A stretch of 61,868 bases of DNA, filler included, from Dugesia japonica (Eukaryota), in the NCBI GenBank assembly GCA_001938525.1. It is 6 parts of 6 records of this genome, joined end to end, with 100 filler letters (N's around TTAATTAATTAA, not from the genome) between each part and the next. Parts side by side here need not be neighbours in the genome. Positions count along the whole stretch, not along the records: positions 1 to 11,256 come from MQRL01497790.1; positions 11,357 to 22,049 come from MQRL01587590.1; positions 22,150 to 31,964 come from MQRL01613622.1; 3 more parts are not named here. One strand, given 5' to 3'. Of the stretch, positions 9,851-23,406 are shown piece after piece. Position 1 is the stretch's first letter. Each line of letters opens with the position of its first letter. The position numbers were made by a program, and so were the translations under genes. The notes below the pieces were generated by a model. That model did not search any database and had not been told where the DNA came from. It saw only the letters and a list, made by a program, of their open reading frames with translations.

Positions 9851-11300
9851 GAGCTAAAGAAGAAAATGGTTAACTGTTGTTTTTTCCTTTTGACTTAATT
9901 CCCCGGATCAACTTATTGTAGCAACTTGTTATTTGATGGGGGTCATATCATGGAAGGGTAGAAATTAAAGGAGGATCGTTACCTAGGATCATCGCAACCT
10001 GGTTATGAGGGTAATGTTAATTCTAGCATAAAATGATAGTTAATATCACCGCAAAAGTACGTAACAAAATAATTTTCTTTTCATAATAATATTCGTGATA
10101 AAGATACCTGTTATGGCCCATGGAAGCACGACCATATCGTTGCATCTGATAGTATCACCAATCCTTATTCGGAATGGTAACCAGCCCAATTTTTAATTCA
10201 ATTCTCCGATTACTCTAACAAGTTGACGTCTATTCCCCCCAAAACGCTATTATTACTATTAATGGCCAAATTCCTGTAACACTGGTTATTATAAACGTTA
10301 TAACATTAATTTTCATCAATAAAAGCAACAATAATGATAATATAAGCACAAAAAGGAAAATTAAGATTATTTTCTAGTTTTTCTAATTTTGAATTTCTGC
10401 CTGTTATAGTTGCCTAGTGATATTGTTTAAACGGGGTATATTGGTCTCACTCGTGTGAGTGTGTGCTTGCCAGTTTAATTTCGTATATGTGTGTATAGGC
10501 AGGTAATCTAACTAAAGTAGATAATATCAACTAGTTACATCACTACTAATGATAGGAATCTCGACTGATCAAACTTAGTGATGTTGGGGGATTTTCGCAT
10601 GTCAAAAAACAAAATTTCTTTATAATGTACATACTCAACGAGAAAATTTTTTTCACTCCTATAGAGTCGGGTCACAAAAATTTGGCTGCCACTAAAGATC
10701 ATGGAGATTTTAATAGATCAGAGCGTATTAAGGTTATTTTTGGAAGTTATTTGATTGCCATCTCTCCATGATTTCGTTGGAATCAACTGCAGTGAGTTGT
10801 AATTTATTAATTTTCTTAAATAAATAGTTGGAAATGGTTTTCTTAATTGATTATTTTATTATTATACTTCAGTCTAGGCGTGAATCGTAAAATTATGGAA
10901 AGAGATTAAACCCAGTTTAAATTCTGGAATCTAGCTGTTAGGGTGTGATTAATCCAGCAACATACATTTTAGAATTACCATATTTACGTATATCATATTA
11001 TTTGTGGATATAAAAAGAAAAGCGATTACTTTCTTAATAATCAATAATTTCAAGGGATTCTTAGTTTGAACGGGATTAATGTCACGATGATTCATGATTT
11101 ATTAGTTATCGTTAAGAAATAATAATGTACGTTTTTATAGCATGAACAAATTTTATTAAGATAAATGATATTCATCGTTAAAAATTATACCACTTTTACA
11201 CAATTAAAATAATAATTTACTTTTTAATATTCCTGTAAAATTTTCTGCAACAGGTTNNNNNNNNNNNNNNNNNNNNNNNNNNNNNNNNNNNNNNNNNNNN

Positions 11301-11312
11301 TTAATTAATTAA
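11301..11312. other. Artificial scaffold linker TTAATTAATTAA in N runs (also 22094, 32009, 41317, 51217)
   Basis: Identical palindromic all-frame-stop 12-mer centred in N gaps five times. Confidence 0.9.
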
Positions 11313-11389
11313 NNNNNNNNNNNNNNNNNNNNNNNNNNNNNNNNNNNNNNNNNNNNTATATATATATAAAGCTGTATAATACGAGAAAT

Positions 11390-13400
11390 ACATGTCACAT
11401 TTAAATTATTATGAAGCTGATATACCAATGAATTTAAAAGATATCCCGAAATTTGAAAAAGAAAATTATAGATTATCAATAAATGTCTTATTTTGGAACC
11501 CGCATTGAGGACGATGATGTGGTCATGACACACTATAATCTTGTCATAATACATCGATCGAAAGCTGTTTACAGCGAGAAGATTAATTTATTACGGTTGA
11601 AGGATAATGATGATTTCCATTACACAGCACTATTGAATTTAAACCATGTAATAAATAGAGATCGAACGAATTGTGTAAGAATACAAACATTACGATGTCT
11701 AAATTGTCTGAATGGATTTCACTTGAAGGACAAATTTGTAAAACAGAAGCTAATTTGTGGTTGAATTCAAACGGGCACTACACACTGTATTATGCCGACT
11801 GAAACCAANTTAAAATTCCAAGATTTCAACAAGGCAGTTACTCTCCTTTTTGTATTATATGCTGATTTTGAATTAGTTTTATCTCTCAGATGAAAAATAT
11901 TTCCAGAAATATCTACATGTTTCGGCTGGTCGGTTGTAGGTAAATAATTTTACTAATAAAGTGAAATACAGCAAGTACTTTGGAAATGACTGCTATTTTG
12001 AGCTTTTAAAGTCAGTTAAAGAATAAAATAATAATTTACTAATCCCTATTACAAAAAACATGGTAATAAGCAAATTATAATGTCCCCTCACATGATTGTT
12101 TAGACCAGCCCGAAATTGTTATTTATTTAAACATAAGCTCATAAACCCAGTTCGAGATCACAACCATTTTACAGGAAAGTATAAAGTAGCTGCGTGTAAT
12201 TTTTGTAATTTATCAAGAAGAGTTCATATGCAACTACCGGTTGCGTTTTCTAATTTGAGAGTGGATGATGAGTATATTTATATTTATATTTTATTGCTAC
12301 ATACTCGAATATGGACTCAGCAGATTCCAAAATGAAATATTAGTTGTATTTCTATGACTTTTGAAAAAGTCCTATGTTTAATAGTGCACCAAAAAAAATC
12401 ATCTACTATTAAATTTATTGAGAGTTATCAGTTTATTTTACAGTAAAAGAAGTTCAAGACGGTAGGATAACGATATCAAAGGGAATATTTCCTTATAATT
12501 ACGCAACTAGTTTGCAAGTTTTGGTTGAAATAGTTGACATGCCACAAAAGTTGGAGGAAGTAAATGAAGAAGATTAAAAAAAGGTGATCAAGATGTGGAT
12601 GCTGGCAAGTTGTTATATGTTAGTTTATTTGAAGTTGGATCTGCTTTTGTTAGCGGATTTTTTTCAATAGTTAAGAATTAAATCATTAAATTTAGAGTCT
12701 TTCAATTTTTTCGGAATACCATGGATGAGTTTGGCATCATCATTGATGTCATTAGATGAGCAAATTGAACTGTTGAAAGATAATGACATGTACACATGTT
12801 TTAAAGGTGGAATAAGAAGCGGGCTTACATTCATCAATTAACACCATGTGGCATCTAATGACAATACTGATTTATTGTATATAGATAATCACAATCTATA
12901 TGGTTGGTCATTAAGTCAGAAATTTCTCTATGCAGATTGTGAGTTGGTCTATAATTTATTGGAAACAACGCTGGAAGAATGTAAGACAGGTGACCTCAAC
13001 TTGTTACCAAATTAATACTCATTGGTGGTAGACATGGTTATTTTGGAGGAAATTTACGATTGCCTAAACGATTTCCCAGTAGCAGTGAAACATCATAGTT
13101 CATCAGGATCAAAAATTGATAAATTGTTGTTAACACATTACTCAAAAAATAACTATATTATTTATCGGAGGCTGTTGTAAATGTATATTCAGTTGGGTGA
13201 ACAGATGATAAAAATGCACAGAGGAGTTCAGTTTAGAGAAGGAAATATGTTTAAAAAGTATATAGATATTTATACATAATGGATGTCAAAAGCAAAATCG
13301 TAATTGGAGAAAAATTATTATATATTATTCATTAATAGCTTAAAAGGAAAATCTGTGGAAAATTTGAAGAAAAGAATTAATGTGCGCTTGTGCATTATAA
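11390..13400 (+). pseudogene. Polinton/Maverick protein-primed DNA polymerase B relic
   Basis: YADFE, PVRDHNHFTGKYKVAACNFCNL, GGIRSGLTF, LLYIDNHNLYGW, NSLxGKSVEN; many stops and frameshifts; homologous to 28400-30350. Confidence 0.85.
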
Positions 13401-13709
13401 AGTAATAAGAAACCATCAGTTATATAGCATAAAAAATAATAAAGTTGTACTCAGTAATAACGACGATAACAGAGTGTGGATTCGCAAGAATACATCGATT
13501 TCATTTTGGCACTACACATAAGGTCATATATAAGACCAATTGTAGTATTTTTCTTACAGAACAATTACGACAACAGATAAATCGAAGCTGGTATATTTTT
13601 ATATTATCGTTAAAATTACAATGATTAAAAATTTGTTTTAATATTATTTAGAAATTGTGTAATTTTGATTTATAATAAATATTTAAAAGAAGTCTGATTT
13701 GAAAGTAAC

Positions 13710-16500
13710 TTAACTGGCGACCACGGCAACAACGAAAATTAATTTTAGAAGCCTTGTCTAAGAAGAATTTGGAACTTATTAATTTTAATATTAAAAAATA
13801 TGATTGTAATGATTCTTCATAAGCCTCAGCATGGCTGAAAGAAATCAACGAATAGCTCATTGTGAATGATTTACGCTTGATGGGAATTATCGATGAAGAT
13901 ATTTACGCAATACGGAGAAAGAGTTATTCAAACGTGTTAAAAGGAGACTGAAGTAGTAATGAGAGACGGCCTCAAAACCAGCCGTCAATTAATTTTAAAA
14001 CCAATAATAATGTAAGATATGAAAAACCAAGAACAGAAATTTCAACGTATCAGAGAAAGTTCAACGAAAGGATGTCACAACCGGTAATTACAGAGAACAG
14101 AACGTATGGTTTAAGTAGGAAACTGGCAGTTTCAAGATGTCTTTTTAACAGATATAGAGGATTACCTGAACTACAAGAAGAACGATTACGGGAAGGACAA
14201 TGTTATTGTAGCAGAGAACATGAACACATGCGTTATCAATGTCTAATAAAATATAATTGTTTGATATACGGGAAAGCTGGACACAATTTCCGGCAATACT
14301 ATCTTGTGAAAGTTTGATCTAATAAGGGAAATATTAAAATTCTATGCATCCAGAGGAACAAGAGGTACAAATTGACAAAGATGAAATCTTTGAAATGCAT
14401 GATATTATCAAAGAAAAAAACCAGAACAACTCCGTTGCATACATTTTGTCAGTGGAGTTAACTTAAGAAGAGATAACTTGAATCGAAATAATCAAGACAG
14501 AAGATAGATGTATGAAAAAGAAGACGGAAGAGCGTGAAGAAGAGTAGACATGAATGGAGTAAAATTGGAAATGTTGTGGGATTCGGGAACATTGATTACA
14601 ATTATGAGCGAAGAGTACTGGTTGAAGGTAGGAAAACCAATCTTGTTATGTTGCAATGTCATGTTAAATGGGGTATTTTTGAGCAGTGAAGAGAGGCCGT
14701 TATGATTTGTTGAAGTGAGCGTTAAATGGAATAATACAGTGAGAGTTATTAAAATCATAATTTTTAAAAAGACGATCAAAGTTTATGGATGGCATAGATG
14801 CAGTGAAAATTTTCGGAATAAAACTGACAGAAGTTAATAACATTGAAACAGAATGTTTTGGAAGAAACCACTCAAACGATGATAGAAAGAATTACGCATT
14901 AAATGTCTTCTAAAAAACAAATAACAAAGATCTAAATTATCTAATTTTGAAGTTTGTTGAAATATTCATGGCGATTAATTTTGATATAAAACATACAAAA
15001 CAAATAATATACGAAAAATAAGTATTTGGAGATCCAATTGTTCAACATCCCCGGAGACAACCGATGCACTTGAAAAAGAATATTGACGAAATGATACTGC
15101 GTTTAATAAGTATTGGGATAATTAGCATATGTAAAAGTTGGAAATGGAAAAAAAGATGGGTTGGTAAGAATGTGTGTCGATTATTGACAACTGAATATGA
15201 TCACTGAAAAGTTTCATTTCCGATGCCAGACATCCAGTTATTATTGGCTTGCTTAGCAGGTGCAAAAATACTTTGTTCAATTGATCTAGGACAAGCTTTC
15301 TATCAAGTAGAACTATCAGAAAGCTTGAGAGATGTTGCGGTGTTTAGTACAAAAGAGGGTCAATTTAGGCTCAATTGGATTCTATTTGGGTTAGCAACGG
15401 CAACGTTTCAAAAGTTGATGCATGATTTGATGGCAGGAGTGATTTTTAAAGGTCTCATCGTATATCTAGATGATATATTAGAGTTTGAAAGAACGGTCGA
15501 AGATCATAATGATATTTTGAAAGAATTTTTCAACAAAATAAGAGAATCAGGATTGAGAATAAATCCAGAAAAATGTAACTTTTACCAAAAACAACTGGAC
15601 CTTTTGGGACACACAATAAGTACATGAGTAAAAACAAACGAAACTAAGATTTAGGAAATAAAAAATGCCGAAGAACCAAAATGTTCATCTAAACTCAGAT
15701 CTTTTTGCTTAACGAATTACTACAGGCGTTTTATCAAGGATTACGCTAGAATTGCAAGACCTTTGAAGCTATTTTAAAATGGGAAAAAAGTTTGATGTGG
15801 ACAGAAGCATGCAGAAAACGTTTTGAATGACAAGTTATGTAATGCACCAATCTTAGATTACCCAAGAGAAAATAGAATGTTTATCCTAGATACTGATGTA
15901 AGTTTCGGAGCTATCGGTGCAGTGTTGAGCCAAAGAACAGAAGATAGTGAAGAGGTGGTGATAGCTTATGAATCCAGGAACTTTACTGCTTATGAAAAGG
16001 GATACTGCGTTACAAGAAAAGAATTGCTGGCATTACATGAATATGTGGTACATTTCAAGCAATATCTATATGGAAAGAAATTCTTAGCAAGAAAAGATCA
16101 CAAAGCACTGATATTTATGAATAACAAAAAAACCGATAAGCCCACGATTTCAGACGTGGATAGCAAATCTGGGAGAATATGATTTTGAGTTAAAATATTG
16201 AAAGGGGTTAAAACGCAACAATGCTGATGGATTATCACGAATAAATGAGAGTTTATGCTCACAATACTAAACAGTACATTTGGATTCCATGGAAGAAAAA
16301 TCAAGAGTAAAATATATTAACAACAGAATGAAAACATTATAAAAAAAATTCGGAATGCACAGAAAGATGATTCAATAATACAAAGAATAAATGAAATAAT
16401 TCAAAACGAAGTACGGCTAGTAGAAAAGATCATTCAGGGAAATTATGTGGATCAACTTGATCGCGAATTGAAAATTGATTATGGATTGACGAAATAAAAT
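13710..16500 (+). mobile_element. Decayed Ty3/Gypsy LTR retrotransposon (PBS, gag, PR, RT, RNase H)
   Basis: PBS-like TGGCGACC at ~13715; LWDSGT protease; IDLGQAFYQV and YLDDIL RT (15223-15627); FILDTDVS and KELLAL RNase H (15823-16182). Confidence 0.9.
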
Positions 16501-17293
16501 TTTGATAATAGTGTTAAGCTTCTAGGCTTTTGTTGTTATTTTCTTTTCTTCTCTACTAATCGATTTTGCATCTTTCTGATTAAAATTTACGTCTAGGGGA
16601 TGATACCTAGTAGTCACAAAATTTTTTTTGTTGCCTTCTCCTGCATCCCGATCCCCCATTCTTGAATTCAGCGGGACTATGTGGTATGTCGTATTATGAA
16701 ATAAAATCTCTTTGAATTATCGTGGCTTCAGTGGTATAAACTTAACATTGATAAGTTAAAGAGAAACGACAAGATTAAATTATAATGGAACAAATAATGA
16801 CCACAGTTGTAAGCAGTAATAATACGATATTAATAATATTAAAACTATAAAATAAATTCTATTAATGTAATATATATATACAGGAACTAATCGCTAATTA
16901 AAAGTAATGACATGGAAGCTAATAAAGTGCAATTTCAACTCGGAGAAAAATAATAACAAGAAAAACGTTAAGGCTAAGAATGTTGACGACGATAATACCG
17001 AAATAATCTAGTTTAAAATTCACTGGTTCCGAGTTTAAATGAAGGTTATATTCAGATTGATCATATTCATAACCATCCTTATGATAAAATAATAATAATA
17101 CCAACATAAATAATAAAATTCANNNNNNNNNNNNNNNNNNNNNNNNNNNNNNNNNNNNNNNNNNNNNNNNNNNNNNNNNNNNNNNNNNNNNNNNNNNNNN
17201 NNNNNNNNNNNNNNNNNNNNNNNNNNNNNNNNNNNNNNNNNNNNNNNNNNNNNNNNNNNNNNNNNNNNNNNNNNNNNNNNNNNNNNNNNNNNN

Positions 17294-17309
17294 TAATAAA
17301 AATAATAAA

Positions 17310-17349
<40 letters not shown>

Positions 17350-17371
17350 GTAATAATAATAATAATAGTAA
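17294..17371. repeat. (AAT)n microsatellite interrupted by copy D; resumes at 21421-21475
   Basis: AAT arrays flank both sides of copy D. Confidence 0.85.
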
Positions 17372-17614
17372 TGTTGGGGTTTCACCTGAGTTGGATGGTA
17401 AGTAAATTATGGCTGTTTTTAAAACAGCCCTCAGGGAAACTCTTTCAAGAATTTACCCTGACGTTCTTGGGTCAGGTATTCAGCATATGATGGTTGATCT
17501 CTCTCTTAATGGGAGGTGCATGCCCATAAGCCTTTTATTCGGGTTCACTATTTTCCTTTAACTTACACAAAAGATTTAAACCAATGATACTCGAGACATT
17601 TATTAAAATGACAT

Positions 17615-17957
17615 TTATAATTCGTCTGGTACGCCAGGGTCTAACCACTGGTCTGGGTCAGTCATTAAAAAATGGAAGGCAGCGACAACTGGCGGGAAAG
17701 GTCTGCTATGTATTGTTTTAGGAATTCTATTTTCATTTGTAATAGTTGTTTTGTTTCTGCTTCCAGGGCCTTGGTTTGGGATGCTAGGTCACTCTGTTTC
17801 TTCACTATCAAATCCAGCTTTTTTATTAGTTGGTCTCACTGGGCTAAATGTTTAAGAAGGGCCGGATCGGTCTTACACTTTAAATGTCATTCCAGTAACA
17901 GACGGCGCAGCGTACGATGACATCGGCGAAGACTGTTAGGGAAATTGATATGAGGCA
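17615..17957 (-). pseudogene. Cassette ORF4 copy D
   Basis: TTTCAG|TG CCT CAT ATC AAT TTC CCT..., internal TGA, ends DPDQWLDPGVPDEL. Confidence 0.65.
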
Positions 17958-18075
17958 CTGAAAGAAATTAGATTAGTATATGGTAACTTGACACAAGAAT
18001 TTAAGTAAACATTAAGATAAACTCGTAAGACAGATTGAATGACAAATTTATTTACAACGAAAAATTATTGCAAGT

Positions 18076-18368
18076 TAGTTCCGGTGAGTTTAGTTGACCT
18101 TCTCGATCATCAGTGGTTTGAGAGGCATTCTTTCTCGTAGGAACAATATGTCCTCAACCAGTTTATTTTTTCGGTCATGACTAGACCGCATAACCTCCGC
18201 AAATGACTCAACTTGTCTCTTTCAAGTTCGCTCCTGCAAGTGAGAGGCTACGGCCATCTTTTTAAAAGTGATGCACTTTTTCTTATAGCGAGTCACCTTA
18301 CAGTTGGCAGCAGCTTTCTGTGCCTCCCATCGGCGTTTTTCCAGTCGATATAGGTCCCGGTGAATGCA
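18076..18368 (-). pseudogene. Cassette ORF3 copy D (deleted, acceptor mutated)
   Basis: DLYRLEKRRWEAQ...MRSSHDRKNKLVEDILFLRE. Confidence 0.6.
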
Positions 18369-18545
18369 TTAAAAGAATTTTAAAACCAATCAAACATTAC
18401 AAAGTGAACCGCTATCTCTATGACTGATATTGTCATAGTACATTTACAACTTGCGCTTAAAGTTAATTTCAAAATCAAAAGAAAATATGATGAAACTAAT
18501 CTGAAGACAACAAGATTTTTACGACCAAAACAAAAAAATAAACTC

Positions 18546-18893
18546 CTAATGAGTAGTTGCTGAGTCAGTTGCGGGTGTAGAATTCTCTGAATCCTTGCTA
18601 CCTGATGGTTCTCTTATCCCCCAGAGTAAATTATTGATAAGTGCCTGTACGGCAGGTGCTGGAGCTGCTGGTTGATACTGGAAGGTTGTGACAAGTGTCC
18701 GATCAGGCCCTGTCCAATTATGATGGCTACGCCGCTCCCTGAAATCCTGTATTCGAGCTATGATGGCTTCCACTGGGGGCAGATTAGACCTATCGGCCAA
18801 GATCCCCGCGTCATGATTGTTGGGGTTAAGATGTCGTCGGAAAATCACGCGACGAGTCCGTCGGTCTATTATACGTTCCCATATAGATTCCAT
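18546..18893 (-). CDS. Cassette ORF2 copy D, 115 aa
   Basis: Intact, homologous to 481-837. Confidence 0.75.
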   Translation of the reverse strand: MESIWERIIDRRTRRVIFRRHLNPNNHDAGILADRSNLPPVEAIIARIQDFRERRSHHNWTGPDRTLVTTFQYQPAAPAPAVQALINNLLWGIREPSGSKDSENSTPATDSATTH

Positions 18894-19014
18894 TATCTAA
18901 TTAAAGAATGAGAATAATTATTACAAATAAAAAAAAATTATATAAGTAGCTATAAAAACGCCAACAAGGTGGTACATATATTTTATTTCATGATAGTGAT
19001 GCCAACAAAAGAAA

Positions 19015-19197
19015 TCAATCCGCGTCTAAGTCGACTCCTGCCATTAAGGTGAACATTTCTGCAAAGCAACACAGATCCGTTTCGTCTGGATGCTCAATTG
19101 TCCCTTTAGTCAATAGATGAGCTATTAACTGTCTTAACCGGGCAGTTTGACGTTGCTGTTTTATCCATCGAAGGATACGGCGCAATTCCGCTGGCAT
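19015..19197 (-). CDS. Cassette ORF1 copy D
   Basis: QLIAHLLTKGTIEHPDETDLCCFAEMF. Confidence 0.72.
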   Translation of the reverse strand: MPAELRRILRWIKQQRQTARLRQLIAHLLTKGTIEHPDETDLCCFAEMFTLMAGVDLDAD

Positions 19198-21420
19198 AAA
19201 CTAAAGGATTAAACTGTCAATGCTAGTAATTAAATTCAGGGTTGAACCAAAACAAAATTTCTTGTTACCGCACGAGGACATTTACCATAATAACAAGTTT
19301 AATAATCCCGGGATAATGTTGGTGATGATCATAATAATAAAATTAATAATAGTTGTAGTACGTATATTAATAACCAACAGTTCTAATATATAAGAATAAC
19401 AGTCTTAGAACGTATAATAATAGCCACTGGCACCACCAGTAATGACAGAATCCTTTACTAAAATGATTAAGATAACATCCGGCAAGAACTACACTAATGC
19501 AAGCCATATTAATAGTAATTGTAGTAAGGATAGTAGTATTACTGATAACTGTAACCATGATAACAATACTAATAATCATAGTGCCAATAGCAGCAATAAT
19601 AGTAATCACACCATCAATACCAATAACAATTATCACCATCATGTCAGTAACACTAATATCATGAATACCAATAATGATGATGCTAATAACGGCAGTAATA
19701 ATAATATTAATAATACTAATAATAACAATATTAATAATAGTAGTGATAATATTAATATTAATAATAATAACGATAATAGTGACAACAACATTTATGATGT
19801 TAAGGATACTATATTAGTATAATCAATTTTAGATTATCTTTTGCTCAAATTTGTTAAAATTGGGAGTTGCGCTGAATTTNGTATTTTCCCTCGTAACAAT
19901 AAAATAATATGTTTTTTGTAAACTTTAATGATTTGACCGAAGTTCGCAAATTAATTAATTGTGGGAAGTGGTTGCTTAACAGCCAAAAAATTTGTAATGG
20001 CTAGTATTACACATTATAGTTAAAGGATAGTATGTGTGTATGCAAAAAGGCATTATTGTACATCGATCGATTCACCCTGGTTACTATGGTGAAATTAACC
20101 ACGACGGCAACTTAAGTCACTATAATGAGTAACTAGTTGCTTATTTTTATAGGGAATTTGGGGGTAATTACTCACGCTCATAGCTGGATTAACTCCAACT
20201 AACTCGTTTAATTTGTAGATCCTGTGGTGGGCATATAATTCTTAGATAAACCTATTTGACACAAAAAAATTTAAAATAAAACTCATTTCACTGTAAATAA
20301 AAGGTTTTTTTTTTAATTAATAATTAGAGCTAAAATTCCATTCAATTTATTTTAATTTATTATAACATAACAGAACACTTCCTATCAAGTTTTTGATAAG
20401 ATTTCCGCAACGGGGAATAACAGACGAATGAACTATTTTTCCTTCTTTTAATTGATAACGAAAGTCACAACTTTTGCTGTTTTAGGACAATTGAAAATCA
20501 GCAAGGTTTAATGAATAAAATTACTTTGATGCGCGATAACTGATCACGTCGATTTCTGTTTGTTGATATCGTAACAAAATTCTGCTGAGGGTTTTTCTTT
20601 TGTGAATTACCGAATTGTATATTAGTTTTACGAGAGATTTAGTAGTGTTTTTGTGATGATCTTCTGCTTATTTCATGTTTCCTTAATATATGACTTTTCT
20701 TCGCACCCCAACTTTGTTCATATTTGTTGGTTATTTATAACCGGAATTTTCGGCTTCCTATTGGTTCTAGTGCCAATTTACTAAATTTTTTAGAGTTTTA
20801 GAGTTCAATTGGCGGTTATTTTTAAAACTTCATGTAATCGATTGTGCTTTATCTTTTTTTTATTTTCAGGTTCCTTATTGGCCCAATCTTGAAATTCCTG
20901 CAGCAACCCTCTGGATGGTGGTAAGATTTTCTTCTTAACAAATGTTTCTTACTATTTTCTTTTTGGATTTTCTTACCCGAACTCTTTCTGATTTTCCCAA
21001 GCGAAGTTATTATTTAGATTTAATTTCCATTCAAATTTAATTAATAATTCATCCTTAATTAATTCTTCTTTAAATTTGCTTCTCCTTGTATTTAATATTA
21101 TTTAATATTCTATTCTAATTATTGATTCGATGCAGGTTACATTTGTCCATTAAAGATCTTTTTCCCTTCTATTTCGGTAGATGTTCATTTTTAGTTCTAT
21201 TGTCGGTTGCCCTGAGGTTTTATATTACTTCTTCCAACGCTATTTGTTTGCAATGAGTNNNNNNNNNNNNNNNNNNNNNNNNNNNNNNNNNNNNNNNNNN
21301 NNNNNNNNNNNNNNNNNNNNNNNNNNNNNNNNNNNNNNNNNNNNNNNNNNNNNNNNNNNNNNNNNNNNNNNNNNNNNNNNNNNNNNNNNNNNNNNNNNNN
21401 NNNNNNNNNNNNNNNNNNNN

Positions 21421-21476
<56 letters not shown>

Positions 21477-22249
21477 TAAAATACAAAAGTGAAATTAGCA
21501 ACACCAATCATAATAATCAAGATATTATTAATGATAATAATAAGAACATAATAATATTTTATATAATAGGATTAAGTGGCTATACATTATCCTGTGTATT
21601 TAGTTGGGAAAATTTTTAAGGCTTTTTAGTTGGGAAAAATTTTTTATGGGAATTTTTTAAATAATCCGTGCAAACTGTTCATTTTGTTTAAAAAATATGA
21701 AAATTTAAAAATTTTTAAATCAAATTTTTATGGAAATCCGGGAGAACCTTCGAAACTTCGAAAATTTTTGAAAAATTTTTTTATCGAGATTTTTACATGA
21801 ATCGATGGAGAATTCGATGNNGATTATTTTTCACAAATAAAAATTTTTCGAAAAAATTATTTCTCATCTTTACATAAAATAACTATGTTTATTAGATAGA
21901 AAATTCTTTGCTGATTCTAAATATATAAACCTTAAATCACCAAAGTTTATCCGGAATGAAATAAATAAGGTTTTGTGGTGAAAAATCTCAAAACTCAAAG
22001 TTTAGCGCTCAGAGCTCTGTGCACAGAGAACTGCTATCGACTCAAATTTNNNNNNNNNNNNNNNNNNNNNNNNNNNNNNNNNNNNNNNNNNNNTTAATTA
22101 ATTAANNNNNNNNNNNNNNNNNNNNNNNNNNNNNNNNNNNNNNNNNNNNATCATATAAACCTATATAAAATCCATATAATAACCTATATAAAACTATGTA
22201 ACACTTAGTTTTGCTTAGTAATCTACAATTTGTATTGTTCTTGTTGCAT

Positions 22250-22628
22250 TTTTATTGTTGTTGATGATATGTATTAAGAGGCAAATAAAGAAAAAGATTT
22301 CAATAATTTATTCATAAAAATATCGAGACGTCGTAATGTGACTGTTATATTTATTACTCAAAATCTATTTCGTCAAAGAACCCACAATTTATACGTGCAA
22401 AATTTGGTTCTATTAAAACGTCCTAGAGATCAGACTGTTGTTAATTTTCTAGCAAGACAAGCATATTCAAATAATAGACAATTTTTTATTGAATCATTTC
22501 AAGATGCAACAGAAAAACCACATGGATATCTATTTCTTGACTTTACACAACAATGTACAGATGATTATAGAGTAAGAACAGATATATTCAACCCTAATGG
22601 TATCACAGTATATAAACAAAACGGGTAA
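22250..22628 (+). pseudogene. Polinton A32/FtsK-like packaging ATPase, C-terminal part
   Basis: Walker B-like VDDM, SRRRNVTVIFITQNLF, KPHGYLFLDF. Confidence 0.85.
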
Positions 22629-22647
22629 TTTTTCATAATATAACAAA

Positions 22648-23400
22648 ATGACAAAATTAAAGAAATTTTTAGTTGATCAAGTAACTGATGGTCTTATTAC
22701 AATAATTGTAATTTTAAAAATGGACATCCAGATAATTTACAAACGGATTTGGGTAACTAATTTTATAATTCCAAGGTAAGAGAACTTATAAATCATCTAT
22801 CCATAAATCATTATAGTGTATTCTCACAATATAAAGCTGCACAAGTAGAGAGATTTAATCGTACATTTAGAGATGCTTTGAAAAAGTACTTTGTACATTT
22901 TGGTAATAAGACTTGGATAAATGTTTTACTGAAACTTATTCATAGTTATAATCATTCTGGTCATAATGGATTAAATGGGGCAAGACCGGTTTATGTATGT
23001 ACATACAATCTATTTAAGTTATGGCTATCACGTTAACATTCAAAAGCAAATAAAATATCAAAGTATAAAGTTGGTGATCATGTGAGAATCTCGAAAATTT
23101 CAGCTTCACCATTTGTCAAGATTTCAATAGTAATTGGAGTGATGAAGTCTTTCAAATAACAAAACTAAATACTTAACCAAATCCGGTCATGTATGTTATT
23201 AAAGATTATGAAGATAATATTGTGCAAGGAAAATTCTATGACCAACAATTACAAGTCATTTAATCACCAGAGATACAAAAAATAGAAACAATAATCAAAT
23301 CAAAGGGATCAGGAAAGAATAAACAATACTATGTAAAGTGGCATGAATACGAAAAACCAAGTTGGATATTAGCATCACAAATAGTCAATCCGGAAGAAAA
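22648..23400 (+). pseudogene. Polinton retroviral-like integrase with C-terminal chromodomain
   Basis: LQTDLG, KAAQVERFNRT, YKVGDHVRISK, YYVKWHEY...SW. Confidence 0.85.
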
Positions 23401-23406
23401 TGTAGA

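Larger units (their letters stand above)
7858..11256 (-). mobile_element. 4.1-kb cassette element copy C (right end lost in gap)
   Basis: Starts TGTTGGGGTTCCACCTGAG at 7858; all four ORFs present in conserved order. Confidence 0.85.
17372..21258 (-). mobile_element. 4.1-kb cassette element copy D (right end in gap)
   Basis: Starts TGTTGGGGTTTCACCTGAG; four ORFs; promoter region 20730-21010 homologous to 2590-2950; span to the resumed AAT array is about 4.05 kb. Confidence 0.85.

Noticed and set aside
11257-11355. Palindrome TTAATTAATTAA recurring every ~10 kb; synteny across these points
   Set aside because: Assembly linker, so adjacency between contigs (for example Wnt with the Polinton) cannot be trusted
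17035-17385. Poly-Tyr/Ile/Asn/Val ORFs at gaps (also 21181-21520, 42570-42866, 53231-53494)
   Set aside because: Artefacts of microsatellites and N runs
17672-18911. Plus-strand ORFs overlapping the cassette genes (also 8645-9506)
   Set aside because: Antisense shadows, not conserved between copies
19367-19822. Asn-rich and Ile-rich ORFs in copy D
   Set aside because: Degenerate AAT-type low-complexity expansion, not conserved as an ORF in other copies
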